Shown here in pieces: positions 42,681 through 53,598 of a stretch of DNA of 64,000 nucleotides (positions within the stretch are counted from its first letter, which is position 1; each line of letters begins with the position of its first letter). The notes below the pieces were generated by a model. The model saw only the letters and a list, made by a program, of their open reading frames with translations, had not been told where the DNA came from and ran no database searches. Source of the DNA: an uncultured Phycisphaerales bacterium (lineage in GTDB: Bacteria; Planctomycetota; Phycisphaerae; Tepidisphaerales; Tepidisphaeraceae). The stretch spans positions 736,001 through 800,000 of the forward strand of contig CAVWLP010000003.1 in assembly GCA_963755915.1 (NCBI GenBank), given 5' to 3'. The translations under genes and the position numbers were made by a program.

Positions 42681-44168
42681 TTACTGCATCTTGATAGTGA
42701 CGTTCTTGAAGATCATTTCTTTGTTCCAGTAGGAGTAGAGGTCCACTGTGCCGGCCGCCGCCTCGCGGCTGGGACGCAGGACGACGTCGATCTGGCCCGG
42801 CGGCGGGGCCGACATTACTCCGAAGATTCCATAACCGTTCATGCCCGGCCCGGCGCGGCAATTGACTTGCCCCATCGGATATTCCTTTCCGCCGTAGCGA
42901 ACGAAAACCTCGAACGCCAGGTTCACGGGAGCATTGGTGAAGCTGATCATTCCGCTTAGAAGCTGTTTCATAACCTCGCGCGGCCGCTGCTTGCGTCTGG
43001 CGAAGGCTGGCGGCGTTGCTCCTCCTCCCCATATTTCCGGTCAATATTGTTCGTCGTCGCGCCTTGCCAGCATTCGCCAGCCGCGGCGCATCGGCTCGCG
43101 GGAGGTTATGAAACAGCTTCTTAGCTGCCTGCTGCGGTGCGCGTAAAAGAAATCGGCGAGCGAAACCGCGGCGTTTACGGCGGCTTGCTTGGTGGGGTCG
43201 AAGGCGGGTTTGATGACGTCTTTCGAGCCGGAGGGAACCACTTCGAAGCTGCCTGTCAGCGCTCGGTTTGTGGTAAAGAGGGCCGCCCCTCCCAGCGGAT
43301 GTTGTATCGAACCGCTGAAGATTTCAACGTGCAGGGTCTCGGCGAATGTGTGCTTACCGACGGCGGGGCAATTCATGGTCGTCCAGGTTGAGCCGCTGCC
43401 GCCGGGCGAGGAAAACTCGGCCGCATCCCTTGCCAAATCGCTCAGCATTTTGCCATCGACACTGCAATCGGAGTAACTCAGGTTTCCCCAGTAGTTGGAA
43501 TGGTTACCCAGCGAGTACAGGTAGCTGACGCCATACGGCAACCGGTCCCCGAAAACCACGGTGGTGCGGAGCAGAAGGGCCGTTCGGACCGACTGATCGA
43601 AAAATTTGTTTTCCTGATCCGCAGGCAGGTCGCCGGCGGTGCATCGCGCCGCCAGGTAATCGACCACGGCGTTGTCGAGCGCGGTGGGGGGCGTCGGCGC
43701 GTTTGCCTGCCGGGCCAGGGCGAAACGCACCATCGCATCGCGCGAGGCAGCGGAGAGTGAGCCGGCCTGGTCGCGGGCTATGAGCTCCGTCCACGCCCGC
43801 TGAACATCGACGGCGCTGGGAGATTTCAAGTCCCAGAGGACGAAATAGGTCGGCTTATACTGATACCAGTTGACGGATCGAAGCAGCGGTGTCTGGCTGA
43901 TAATTAAGACAAGTCCGAGGAGGATCAGCAGCAGCCATTTCGGTCGCAAAGCCTTCCAGCGCGGGCGCGACGCTCCGCGGGCAATCGCGTCGGGAGAGAG
44001 GATGGCTCCGCATTCCGGGCATCGCTGGCTTTCCAGGCCAAGCAATAGGTATCCGCACTTGCGGCAATGGGGATCGTCCCCGAGGCGGCGGCGGGATTCG
44101 CGGTAGATGAGGGCGATGCCCATGGCGAGCAGGATTACGCCGAGAATGAGGAGAAGGAGTTCCAGCAT
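42681..44168 (-). pseudogene. Membrane protein with Zn-ribbon (CRKC..CPEC), interrupted by a MITE
   Basis: Two same-frame ORFs join as ...RSRQL-SGMISF... once the element and one TTA are removed (440 aa). Confidence 0.75.
42959..43120. mobile_element. 162-bp MITE with 19-bp TIRs and a TTA target duplication
   Basis: GAAGCTGTTTCATAACCTC...GAGGTTATGAAACAGCTTC, with TTA at 42956-42958 and 43121-43123. Confidence 0.9.
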
Positions 44169-44209
44169 TTTGTGGGAGGGGAATCATACCTTGCGGAAAG
44201 CCCCGGGCC

Positions 44210-45099
44210 TTATACCCGCCGAAGCGCCAGCACCCGATCGTTTCCCGCAAGGTCCTTTATGATTCGCGCGTCGGTGAAATCGGGGTGCTGGGTTGCGATT
44301 TGTTTCGCGAGTTCGGCTTGATCGAAGGCGATCTCGAGCAAAATCTGGCGCTTGGGGCGAGCCAATTTGCGGATTCGGTCAGAATCCGGCGATGAACGGA
44401 CAAACCATCCAGGCCGCCGTCGAGCGCCGCCATTGGCTCAAAATCGCGGACGCTGCGGTCAAGCGCAGCGATCTCCGCGGTGGCGATGTAGGGAGGATTG
44501 CTGACGAGCATCTGGAACGGTCGCCGATCGGGGAGTTGGTCGAGCGGCTCGAATAAATCTCCCTCCAGGACGGTCACCCGCTCGGCAAGCCCCAGCCGCT
44601 CGATATTCTTTTTCGCAACGGCGGCGGCGGGGGGGCTGATTTCCGTAGCGGCCACCGTCGCATCCTTCACGTTTTTCGCGATCGCGGCGGCGATGTTGCC
44701 GCTGCCCGTGCAGAGGTCGAGCACGCGCCCCCCCTCCATGCCAGGCTGTCGCCGGAGCAGTTCGATGGCGTGCTGCACAAGAGTTTCGGTGTCGGGCCGC
44801 GGGATCAGAACGTCGCGGGTGATTTCCAGTTCCAGGTTGAAAAAATGGGCCTTGCCGGTCAGGTAAGCAACCGGCTCTTCCTCCGCGGCGCGCTTGACGA
44901 GATCGCGGAATTCATCGAGCTGCTTAGGCTCGGCAACGCGCTCATAATCGGTATAAAGCTTGATCCGCGGCACGCCCAGCACGTGGGCGAGGAGCAGTTC
45001 TGCCGACAGTCGCGGGGAATCGACCCCCTTGCTCGTGAAAAATGGAATCGTCCATTCCAGCAGGCGGCGGACCGTCCATGTCCCTGCGCTGTCCGACAT
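44210..45099 (-). CDS. prmC: Release factor glutamine methyltransferase (frameshift near 44350)
   Basis: VLIPRPDTE, LDLCTGSG and SNPPY; DLAGNDRV in the shifted frame. Confidence 0.93.
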
Positions 45100-45197
45100 T
45101 GCGGAGGGATTGTACACAAATCGCGTATTTTCTCAGGAGTGCCAATGGCCTAAAATTTGGGATATCATAGAGTTGGCTGTCGATCGGAGGCCTTGCG

Positions 45198-46571
45198 TTG
45201 CGCCTTTCGGTGAAACTGCTGCTGTCCGCGATGTTTTTCAGTTCAGCCGCCGCGCGCGCCGACATCGTCTATCTCACCGATGGAACCAAGGTCGAGGGGA
45301 AAATCCACAAGACCGATGACGGATGGTCGGTGACCAAAGCGGATGGCTCCGTCGTTGATGTCGACGCGGACAAGGTGGATTCCATCGAAGCGACGCCGAC
45401 GGACGCCGGCATATCCGTCGGCGAGGATCGGCTTCTGTCCCTTCGCCGCGCGGTCCAGAACATGACCGATCCGCATGACATCATCGACCGCTATCAGAAA
45501 TTCATCGCCACGACGGACAACCCGACCGTCCTTGCGGAGGCAAGGCAGGATTTGCAGATGTGGCAAGGCCGGCTCGACCAGGGAATGGTGAAGCTGGGCG
45601 ACCAGTGGATTCCCTCCGGCGAACGCGATCGGCGGCGGGCGCTGGCCCAGAACGAGGCCCTGCCGGCCAAGGACCTGATCAACAATTACAGATATGCCGC
45701 CGCCGCGCAAACCCTTCAACAGGCCGTGCTCGACGATCCGCAGTGCGCCACGGCGCTCTATCTCCAGGGCGTCATGTTTTACAAGCAGGACCAGGTAACC
45801 GAAGCGCGAAAATCTTTTGAGGCGGTCGTTCCCATTGTTCCCGATCACGGGCCCACGCTGAACAACCTGGCGGTGATCGCCTGGCGGGAAAGATCGTTTG
45901 TCGTCGCCATGAATTATTATGACCAGGCGATGATGGCCTCGCCGGTTCAGCGGGAAATTCTCGATAATGTTGCCGAGGCCATCAATGTGGTTCCGCACGA
46001 GAATCAGAATGCGCCGGTTGTTCTAAAAGGCGTGCGCCTCTTTGCCGAGCAGGACACAACGCTTCAGAAAATCGCGGCCCAGCAGGGGATGTATCGGTGG
46101 GGGGCCACGTGGGTGAACTCGACCCAGCTCGCCGAGCTGAAGGCCGCCGAGGCGAAGGTGAAGCAGCAGATGGATGCGCTTCAGCAGCAGGTGGACGCGC
46201 TTCAGCAGCAGATCGATGCGCTGAACGCCGAGGCGGCCAAAAATCAGATCCAGATGGACCGGCTCCAGGCCCAGAGCATTATCGTGGATCGCAACGGAAA
46301 TCAGATCCAGTTGCCGCTGCCGGACGACTACTATCAGTTGAAGAACGACAACGCGTCGCTGACATCGCAGAAGCAGACGCTGGTCGATCAGCAGAACAAA
46401 CTTCACGACCGCGCGAAGGATATCGAGGCGCAAATTCCGGTGCCGAAGTTTACCGGCGTGCAGCAGATCATCGGGGTGGACGGCGTGCCGGTGCGCGATG
46501 TCGGTTCAGGCGCGGCGACTGCTCCCAGCCCGGAGAATTCTTCTCAGGGCCAGTTTCCTCAGGCCAATTGA
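45198..46571 (+). CDS. Secreted TPR / coiled-coil protein
   Basis: Signal peptide, ADIVYLTDG..VEG, TPR-like segments and a Gln-rich coiled coil. Confidence 0.7.
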   Translation: MRLSVKLLLSAMFFSSAAARADIVYLTDGTKVEGKIHKTDDGWSVTKADGSVVDVDADKVDSIEATPTDAGISVGEDRLLSLRRAVQNMTDPHDIIDRYQKFIATTDNPTVLAEARQDLQMWQGRLDQGMVKLGDQWIPSGERDRRRALAQNEALPAKDLINNYRYAAAAQTLQQAVLDDPQCATALYLQGVMFYKQDQVTEARKSFEAVVPIVPDHGPTLNNLAVIAWRERSFVVAMNYYDQAMMASPVQREILDNVAEAINVVPHENQNAPVVLKGVRLFAEQDTTLQKIAAQQGMYRWGATWVNSTQLAELKAAEAKVKQQMDALQQQVDALQQQIDALNAEAAKNQIQMDRLQAQSIIVDRNGNQIQLPLPDDYYQLKNDNASLTSQKQTLVDQQNKLHDRAKDIEAQIPVPKFTGVQQIIGVDGVPVRDVGSGAATAPSPENSSQGQFPQAN

Positions 46572-46813
46572 CTGTGCGCGGTTCCAAGCTCCGGGGTTTC
46601 AATCTCCACCGCTTCCTGGATGCAGGAAGAATCCAGCGGAAGCCGGGCTTCATCGCGGTGAGTTTCGACCATCAGTTGGAGGGAACTTCGCAGCTTCTTT
46701 CGGCACTCATCGAGGGAGCGTCCGTGGGTCAAGGTGCCGGGAATTTCCTCGACCCAACCCACAAACACACCCGTCGATTCCGGCTTGATGATGGTGTGAT
46801 ATATCTGGCGCAT
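46559..46813 (-). CDS. HicB-like antitoxin (orphan)
   Basis: FVGWVEEIPGTLTHGRSLDEC. Confidence 0.7.
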   Translation of the reverse strand: MRQIYHTIIKPESTGVFVGWVEEIPGTLTHGRSLDECRKKLRSSLQLMVETHRDEARLPLDSSCIQEAVEIETPELGTAHSQLA

Positions 46814-46993
46814 GGCGTTATCACACCGCCGCTTGGGCGCAACGTCAAGATAAATTTCCTATTTTGACAGGTGGATGGCACCCCCCAGGTTGAACATCGC
46901 CGGGGCAATTGCTATCGTTTGTACCTGTTAAGACCGCGGGATCACAATCCTGCGGTGATTTTTTCGACCATTCGAATTTATGAAAGTGAATTT

Positions 46994-48943
46994 ATGAGCG
47001 TCACGTCTAACGAGACGGGACAGGCATCTTCGCCGACCCGGTCCGCCAAGTCCGTGAATCGCCTGAAGTCGGCGACCATCCGATTTGCCGGAGACAGCGG
47101 CGATGGGATGCAGCTCGCCGGCACGCAGTTCACGGACACGTCGGCCGCGGTGGGCAACGACATCAGCACGCTGCCGGATTTCCCCGCCGAGATTCGCGCC
47201 CGGCCGGAACCCTTGCCGGCGTCAGCGGGTATCAGATCCACTTTTCCAGCACCGAAATATTTACCCCGGGCGATGAGGTCGACGTTCTGGTCGCCATGAA
47301 CCCCGCTGCGCTGCGCACCAACGTGAAGTCGGTTCGGCCCGGCGGGATTGTGATCGTCGATGTCGATTCGTTCGGGCAAAACGATCTGCGCAAGGCCGGT
47401 TATGCCGCCAATCCGCTGGAGGATGGATCGCTGGCCGGGCTGCGGGTCGTTTCCGTGCCGATCGACAAGCTGACCCTCTCGGCAACCAAAGAGACCGGGC
47501 TTGGCGCCAAGGATGCCAACCGCTGCAAAAACATGTTTGCCTTGGGGCTGGTTTACTGGCTCTATGGGCGGCCCCTTGACTTGACTTTCGAGCACATACG
47601 CCAGAAATTCGCCAAAAAGCCCGCCGTTGCCGAAGCGAACCTACTGGCGCTGAAGGCGGGGTTTAACTACGGGGAAATCACCGAGCTTTTCACCGAGCAA
47701 TATCACGTCCCCAAGGCGGCGCTGCCGCCGGGGAAATATCGCAAGATCACCGGCAACGAGGCCCTGGCGATGGGGCTGATCGCGGCCTCAAAATTGTCGG
47801 GAAAACAGCTTGTTTACTGCAGCTATCCGATCACCCCCGCCAGCGATATCCTGCACAATCTGGCGGCGGAAAAGCATTTTGGAGTTCTGACCTTCCAGGC
47901 GGAGGATGAAATCGCCGCCGTGGGGGCCGCGATTGGGGCGAGCTTCGGCGGTGCGCTCGGCGTTACCGGGACCAGCGGGCCGGGAATTGCCCTTAAATCT
48001 GAGGGCATGGCGCTGGCGGTGATGACGGAACTTCCGCTGGTGGTCGATGGACGTTCAGCGGGGCGGGCCGAGCACGGGATTCCGACGAAAACGGAGCAGG
48101 CGGATTTGCTCCAGGTTCTCTTCGGGCGAAACGGCGAATGCCCGATGCCGGTAATCGCCGCGGCGTCGCCCGCGGATTGCTTTCAGGCGGCCATCGAGGC
48201 GTTTACCGTCGCGACGAAATATATGACGCCGGTTGTCCTGCTGAGCGATGGTTATATCGCCAACGGGGCTGAGCCCTGGCTCATCCCGGATGTCGCGAAG
48301 CTGGCGAAGATCGAGATCAAGCACCCCGATGCGGATGGCACGCCGTTCATGCCTTACCGGCGCGACGAGCATTTGGTGCGGCCCTGGGCCGTTCCCGGCA
48401 CGCCGGGGCTGGAGCATCGCATCGGCGGGTTGGAAAAACAGGATATCACCGGTGGCGTGAGCTATGACCCGCAGAATCATGAGCACATGGTTCGCACCCG
48501 GGCGGCAAAAGTGGCGGGAATCGAGCCGGCCGGAAACGATCTGCTGCTTACCGGCGAACCGAGCGGCGATCTGCTTATCGTCGGCTGGGGGAGCACATAC
48601 GGGGCGATCAAGGCTGCCACGCTACAGCTTCAGGCAGAGGGCCTGGCGGTTTCGGCTGTGCACATTCGATATCTCAATCCGCTCCCCGCGCGGATCGGTC
48701 AATGATGCAATCGTTCCGCCATGTGCTGATTCCTGAATTGAATCTCGGCCAGCTTCGGCTTCTGCTTCGCGGCCGATTTCTCGTCGACGCCAAGGGGCTC
48801 AACAAAGTGCGCGGCCAGCCTTTTACGATCACCGAAGTCGTTCGCGGCGCCCGCGCGATTACTTTCCGGCGACTGCGACCAACGGCGAAGTTCCGCTTAA
48901 CTCCGACGCCCCAGCCACTGCCACCGAACCGGCGGGTGGGTAA
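46994..48943 (+). CDS. 2-oxoacid:acceptor oxidoreductase alpha subunit (frameshifts)
   Basis: FAGDSGDGMQ, SYPITPAS, QAEDEIA, TSGPG and EHRIGGLE motifs. Confidence 0.92.
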
Positions 48944-48948
48944 ACAAT

Positions 48949-49975
48949 ATGAGCATTGCCACCAATCAATCCCTCAGCGTTCTGAAACCCGCGGATTATG
49001 CCAGCGACCAGGAAATCCGCTGGTGCCCCGGGTGCGGGGACTATTCGATCCTCGCGCAGATGAAAAAAGTCCTCGCCAGGCTCGGCGCCGATCGCAGCAA
49101 GACGGTCTTTATCTCTGGGATCGGATGCAGCAGCCGGTTTCCCTATTATTTGAACACCTACGGATTCCACAGCGATCCACGGCCGGGCGCCGACCTTTGC
49201 CAGCGGGCTTTCACTGGCCCGGCCCGATCTGAACATCTGGATGGTGACCGGCGATGGCGATGCCCTCAGCATCGGCGGGAACCATTTCATGCACTTGGTC
49301 CGGCGTAACCTCAACATTCGCGTGCTGCTGTTTAACAACCGGATTTACGGGCTGACGAAAGGGCAGTATTCGCCGACGAGTGAACAGGGCAAGAAGACCA
49401 AGAGCAGCCCGATGGGTTCCGTCGAGACGCCCCTGCGGCCGATCAGCGTTGCAATCGCCGCCGAGGCGACCTTTGCCGCCCGGGCCATCGACGTGGATGT
49501 GAAACATCTTGAATATGTGCTGGAGCGAGCCGCCCGGCACGTAGGGACGGCCTTCGTCGAGATCTATCAAAACTGCAATATCTTTAATGACGGGGCCTTT
49601 GACTATGCCACCGACAAGGCCTTCAAGGGAGATACAACGGTCTACCTCGAGCATGGCAAGCCGATGGTCTTCGGCAAGAATGCTGAAAAGGGAATCCGGC
49701 TCAATGGTGAGAATCCGCAAGTGGTGGAGCTGAAGGATGTTCCGCAGGACGATCTGCTGATCCATGACGAATCGGCGGACGACCCCAGTCATGCCTTCAT
49801 GCTGAGCCGGATGCGGCATCCCGCCGTGCCCGAGCCGCTGGGGGTCTTCCGGCAGGTGAGCCGGCCGGTCTATGGGGAGATGGTTCGCGGACAAATCGCC
49901 GAGGCAATCAAGTCGAAAGGTCCAGGCGACCTGCAATCTCTTATCACCGGCCATGAGACCTGGACCGTTGAATAG
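48949..49975 (+). CDS. 2-oxoacid:ferredoxin oxidoreductase beta subunit (frameshift near 49175)
   Basis: WCPGCGD, SGIGCSSR, GDGD and NN.IYGLTKGQ motifs. Confidence 0.92.
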
Positions 49976-50199
49976 ACCCCCGCCCTGAAATTCCCGCAAG
50001 AATCGATTTTGCTGCAACTTTGCCCGCTTGAGGGGGGTGCTTTAGATAGTGAGTTTTGGCGAAGGATCGAGGCTTGGCAATAATTTGACAAAGTAGCAGA
50101 AATTTATTACAGAATTGAAGGCCCCCGAACCGATGCCTTAATCCAGTTCGACCCAATTTATGCATTTGATTATCGAAATGAGTGTGGTATAAGATAAGA

Positions 50200-50286
50200 T
50201 AGGTAAAATTTGAAGGCAAGCGCCTATGGCGCATTTTCTCCCCTCCGGAAGACACCGTGCAGAAATGCCGGTGTCTTCTTTTTATT
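50200..50286 (+). ncRNA. Candidate small RNA / terminated leader homologous to the first hairpin of the IS110 non-coding region
   Basis: TGnTATAAG upstream; CU-rich tract; gaagacaccg/cggtgtcttc hairpin plus T-run. 23-nt identity with 24615-24637. Confidence 0.5.
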
Positions 50287-50419
50287 CCTCCTGCATAATC
50301 TCCCAAGCCTACCCTAAACGGATTCTTGAGCCTTTTATTTCCGAAATATGTGGCAGCGTTTGATTCGATTTCTCCCCCATTCGCGCAGCCTCACATCTGG
50401 ATGCTATAAGGTGCAATCC

Positions 50420-50793
50420 ATGAAACTTCGCTCATCATCAATCGAAAAAGCTGGATATGTCAAACTGCGACCGAAGGGGAAATCACCAGCGACGATCTCG
50501 CTCGATGCCAAAGAAAACAATCCGCTCGAAGGGGTCCTGGGCACATCCTGGGCTTCCAACAATGTTTTGCTGAACTCTGGCCAGAACTCCGTTCATTGAT
50601 TCCATGCGATCGGCTGGCTGCTGGACAGCGCATCGCAAGATGCAGCAAGCCGGCGGAAAGTTTGTCGTCCATTCGCTCCAGCCGCGGGTCAGCGATCTGC
50701 TGGAGCTGTTGAAGCTGGGAACCGTCCTGAATCTCAAAACCCGACGAAAAATCCGCGCACGATTTCATCACTCGCCGTCTTGAGACTAATCAA
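50420..50793 (+). CDS. STAS-domain (anti-sigma-factor antagonist) protein, multiply frameshifted
   Basis: Pieces across frames: VLLN..., FIDS, AIGWLL and HRKMQQAGGKFVVHSLQPRVSDLLELLKL. Confidence 0.65.
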
Positions 50794-52036
50794 ATGAGCA
50801 CCGGCGCAAAAGCCCCGATGATTGATGTCCAGAAGCTTCCCGTCGAGCAGGCGGTCGCCAAGCTGCTTGCCTATGCCATCATGCTTCCCGCCAGCGATAT
50901 TTTTTTCGCGGCCGATGAATCCAACGTCGTCGTCAGCGTCCGGCACCTGGGAATCGTCAATCCGATCGCAATCGTTCCGTGGAAACTGGGCCGGCGATTC
51001 GTTTCGCACGTCAAGGCTCTTGCCGGGATGGACCTGGCGGAGAAACGCCTGCCCGCAGGATGGCCGCTGGCTCTATTGCGACGAAGCGGGCCACGTCGTC
51101 GATCTGCGCGTGAACATGGTGCCGACGATGCTTCGGCGAAGACATGGCCCTGCGGATCCTCAGCCGCAACACCCGGCTCTACAAAATCGAGGAACTGGGG
51201 CTGGTCAAGATCCCAGTTCGATGAGTTGGTAAGACATGCTCGGCACGCCCGGCGGCCTGATCCTTTTCACCGGCCCCACCGGCTCGGGAAAAACGGCGAC
51301 GCTTTACTCGGCCCTGATGCAGCTCAACGACGGGCGGCGGAAAATCAACACCATTGAAGACCCGATCGAGCACGCCATCGACGGCATCCGTCAATCGCAG
51401 ATCAATACCGCAGATCGATCTCGGATTCTCGACCCTGCTGCGCAATATTCTTCGCCAATCGCCGGATGTGATCATGGTGGGGGAAATTCGCGATCAGCGA
51501 AACCGCCGAGACCGCCGTCCGGGCCGCCAACAGCGGGCATATGGTGCTGGCCACGATCCACTCGCCGATCGCGGCCGGGGCGGTGCAATCGATGCGCAGG
51601 CCTCGGCGTTCATCCCCATTTCCTGGCGACATCGCTGCTGGGCATCATCTCCCAGCGGCTCGTCCGAACGCTCTGCCCTCAGTGCAAGCAATCCTTCGAC
51701 CTGTCGATGGCACCCCACACGTTTGACGACGTGCGCCCCTGGCTCGCCGCCGATGAGGGATCAAAGCTGTTCGCCCCCAAGGGGTGCGCCGCCTGCCAGA
51801 TGCTGGGCTACGCGGGGCGCACCGGCGTCTTCGAAATCCTTCGCATCAACCGCAAGCTGCGCGATCTGATTTCCGACGCCCGCCCGACGCGCGAAATCCG
51901 CCAGGCCGCCGCCGCCGACAAGATGCTGGAATTCCGCCAGTCGGCAATGCTCAAGGTCGCGCAGGGGCTGACCAGCACCGAAGAAGTGGTTCGAGTAATT
52001 CCCTCAGAACATCTTCTCGAAGAGACGCTGGTCTAG
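50794..52036 (+). CDS. GspE/PulE/PilB family ATPase (several frameshifts)
   Basis: ASDI, PQDGR, TGPTGSGKT, TIEDPIE, LRQSPDVIMVGEIRD, SQRLVR.LC and GYAGRTG. Confidence 0.9.
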
Positions 52037-52143
52037 CCGGCCCGATCCTCACGTCAAAATTCCGCGCATAAAAAAGCTCCCATCGGCTCGGCACGTTTAG
52101 GCCAATGGGAGCAGGTTGGAGCAACGTTCGTTGCCGCGCGACG

Positions 52144-52724
52144 TTACGCGCAATTGCGCCGGCGGAGCAACAAAGCTCCCGCACTCGCGCCCAGAATGCT
52201 GATGGAAACCGGTTCGGGAACGACCGGCGTCACGTTGAATTCAAATCCTGCGTCGGTTTCGGGAAAACCTGCATAAACGAAGGCAGTTGTCTGATCGTAG
52301 ATCGAGCCGAGCGGGCCCATTCCCGCGCAGAGATCTGCGCGAGGGTCTCAGTGCTGTCGAAGGAGAAGTTGTTGGTTGCCCCGGCGGCGAGCTGATCGCC
52401 CGAGCCGCCGTTGTTGTAGTATTCGATGGCATATCCGTCCCCGGTGAAAGCGGGTCCGGTAACGGGGTCAAGCCAGCCCGTGGGGGCGGTGATGCTGGTG
52501 GGGGAGACGTTCATGAAATCGTAGCCGGGGATCCAGGAGAACCAGAACGTACCAATAGAGGTTGAACTGGTGTTCTTAAGGGCGATGTTGTACTGAAAGT
52601 TTCCACCGCCCAGGGATGTCGCCGAGATCGTCGCCGACGCGGTTTCCGCCGCCGAGGCCGAGCCAACGAGGCCGGCCGCTATCAAAACGCTGCAAACACC
52701 TGCCATTTTCTTCAGTTGCGTCAT
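52144..52724 (-). CDS. PEP-CTERM protein (frameshift near 52300)
   Basis: Signal peptide; the shifted frame ends ...VVPEPVSISILGASAGALLLRRRNCA-stop. Confidence 0.8.
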
Positions 52725-52877
52725 GTAAGACCTCCGTTGTGAGAGGTAACTTCGGCGGGAGGGGCTTTATTCCAATTGCGGAAAATTTTTGAACCCCTGT
52801 CGGAATCGGGAATAGAGGCTGCGCAAATTGAGTTGATGCTGGCGGAGCAACAGAAACCTTTTACGCGGAGGAGTCAA

Positions 52878-53546
52878 ATGCGTAGTTTCTGGCGCTCCCA
52901 AACGGGTGTTTTTTCGGTTTTATGTGCGGTCGGATTGGCGGGAATCGGGGCAAATTGCTGGGCCGCGGTCATCTGGAATCAAACCAGCAACGGGCCGCTG
53001 TCAGAGCTTCCCGCATCGCCGACGTCCTTTACCCTGTCAGCCGGGACAAATTCGATCATCGCCACGGAGGGGGGAGGCAGCGGGGAAAGCGGAACCAACC
53101 AGAATTGGGTGAACATTAACATTCCCACCGGGTTGCAGTTGAGCAACCTCGTGCTGGCGTCGTATGTTTCCACCGATCCGCAGGGGTTTATCGGTGTGGC
53201 GTCAGGTACGACGTTCGCCGGTGGCGAGGGGGCCGTCAATACCGAGAGCTCCTACCTCGGCTATTCGCACTACGGAACGGCGGCGAGCAATAACGGCCAA
53301 CCGGCGGTAAACCTGGTTGGGGATGATTTGCTGCCGATCATGGGGAATAACGTGGTAGATGCGCCGGGTTCTACGGGATTCACCCCGCCGCTGCCGAGCG
53401 GGAGTTATACCTTTCTGATTCAGCAACTGGGCGCCACGACGAATTACCAGTTCGATTTTGACGTGACGTCCGTGCCGGAGCCAGGAAGCATCTGTCTCGC
53501 GGTTGGCGGGACCCTGGTCGGGCTGTTAAGACGCCGCCGCCGGTGA
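52878..53546 (+). CDS. PEP-CTERM protein
   Basis: GGAG-ATG start, signal peptide and VPEPGSICLAVGGTLVGLLRRRRR. Confidence 0.85.
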   Translation: MRSFWRSQTGVFSVLCAVGLAGIGANCWAAVIWNQTSNGPLSELPASPTSFTLSAGTNSIIATEGGGSGESGTNQNWVNINIPTGLQLSNLVLASYVSTDPQGFIGVASGTTFAGGEGAVNTESSYLGYSHYGTAASNNGQPAVNLVGDDLLPIMGNNVVDAPGSTGFTPPLPSGSYTFLIQQLGATTNYQFDFDVTSVPEPGSICLAVGGTLVGLLRRRRR

Positions 53547-53598
53547 GCGGTCGCGGCAGGTTCATTTTCGGCGTGGGAATGCCTACCATTAGCCGAAC

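Noticed and set aside
42075-42959. 294-aa extended S9 in the ORF track
   Set aside because: Artefact of a frameshift near 42590. The true FSKR end and a terminator follow immediately.
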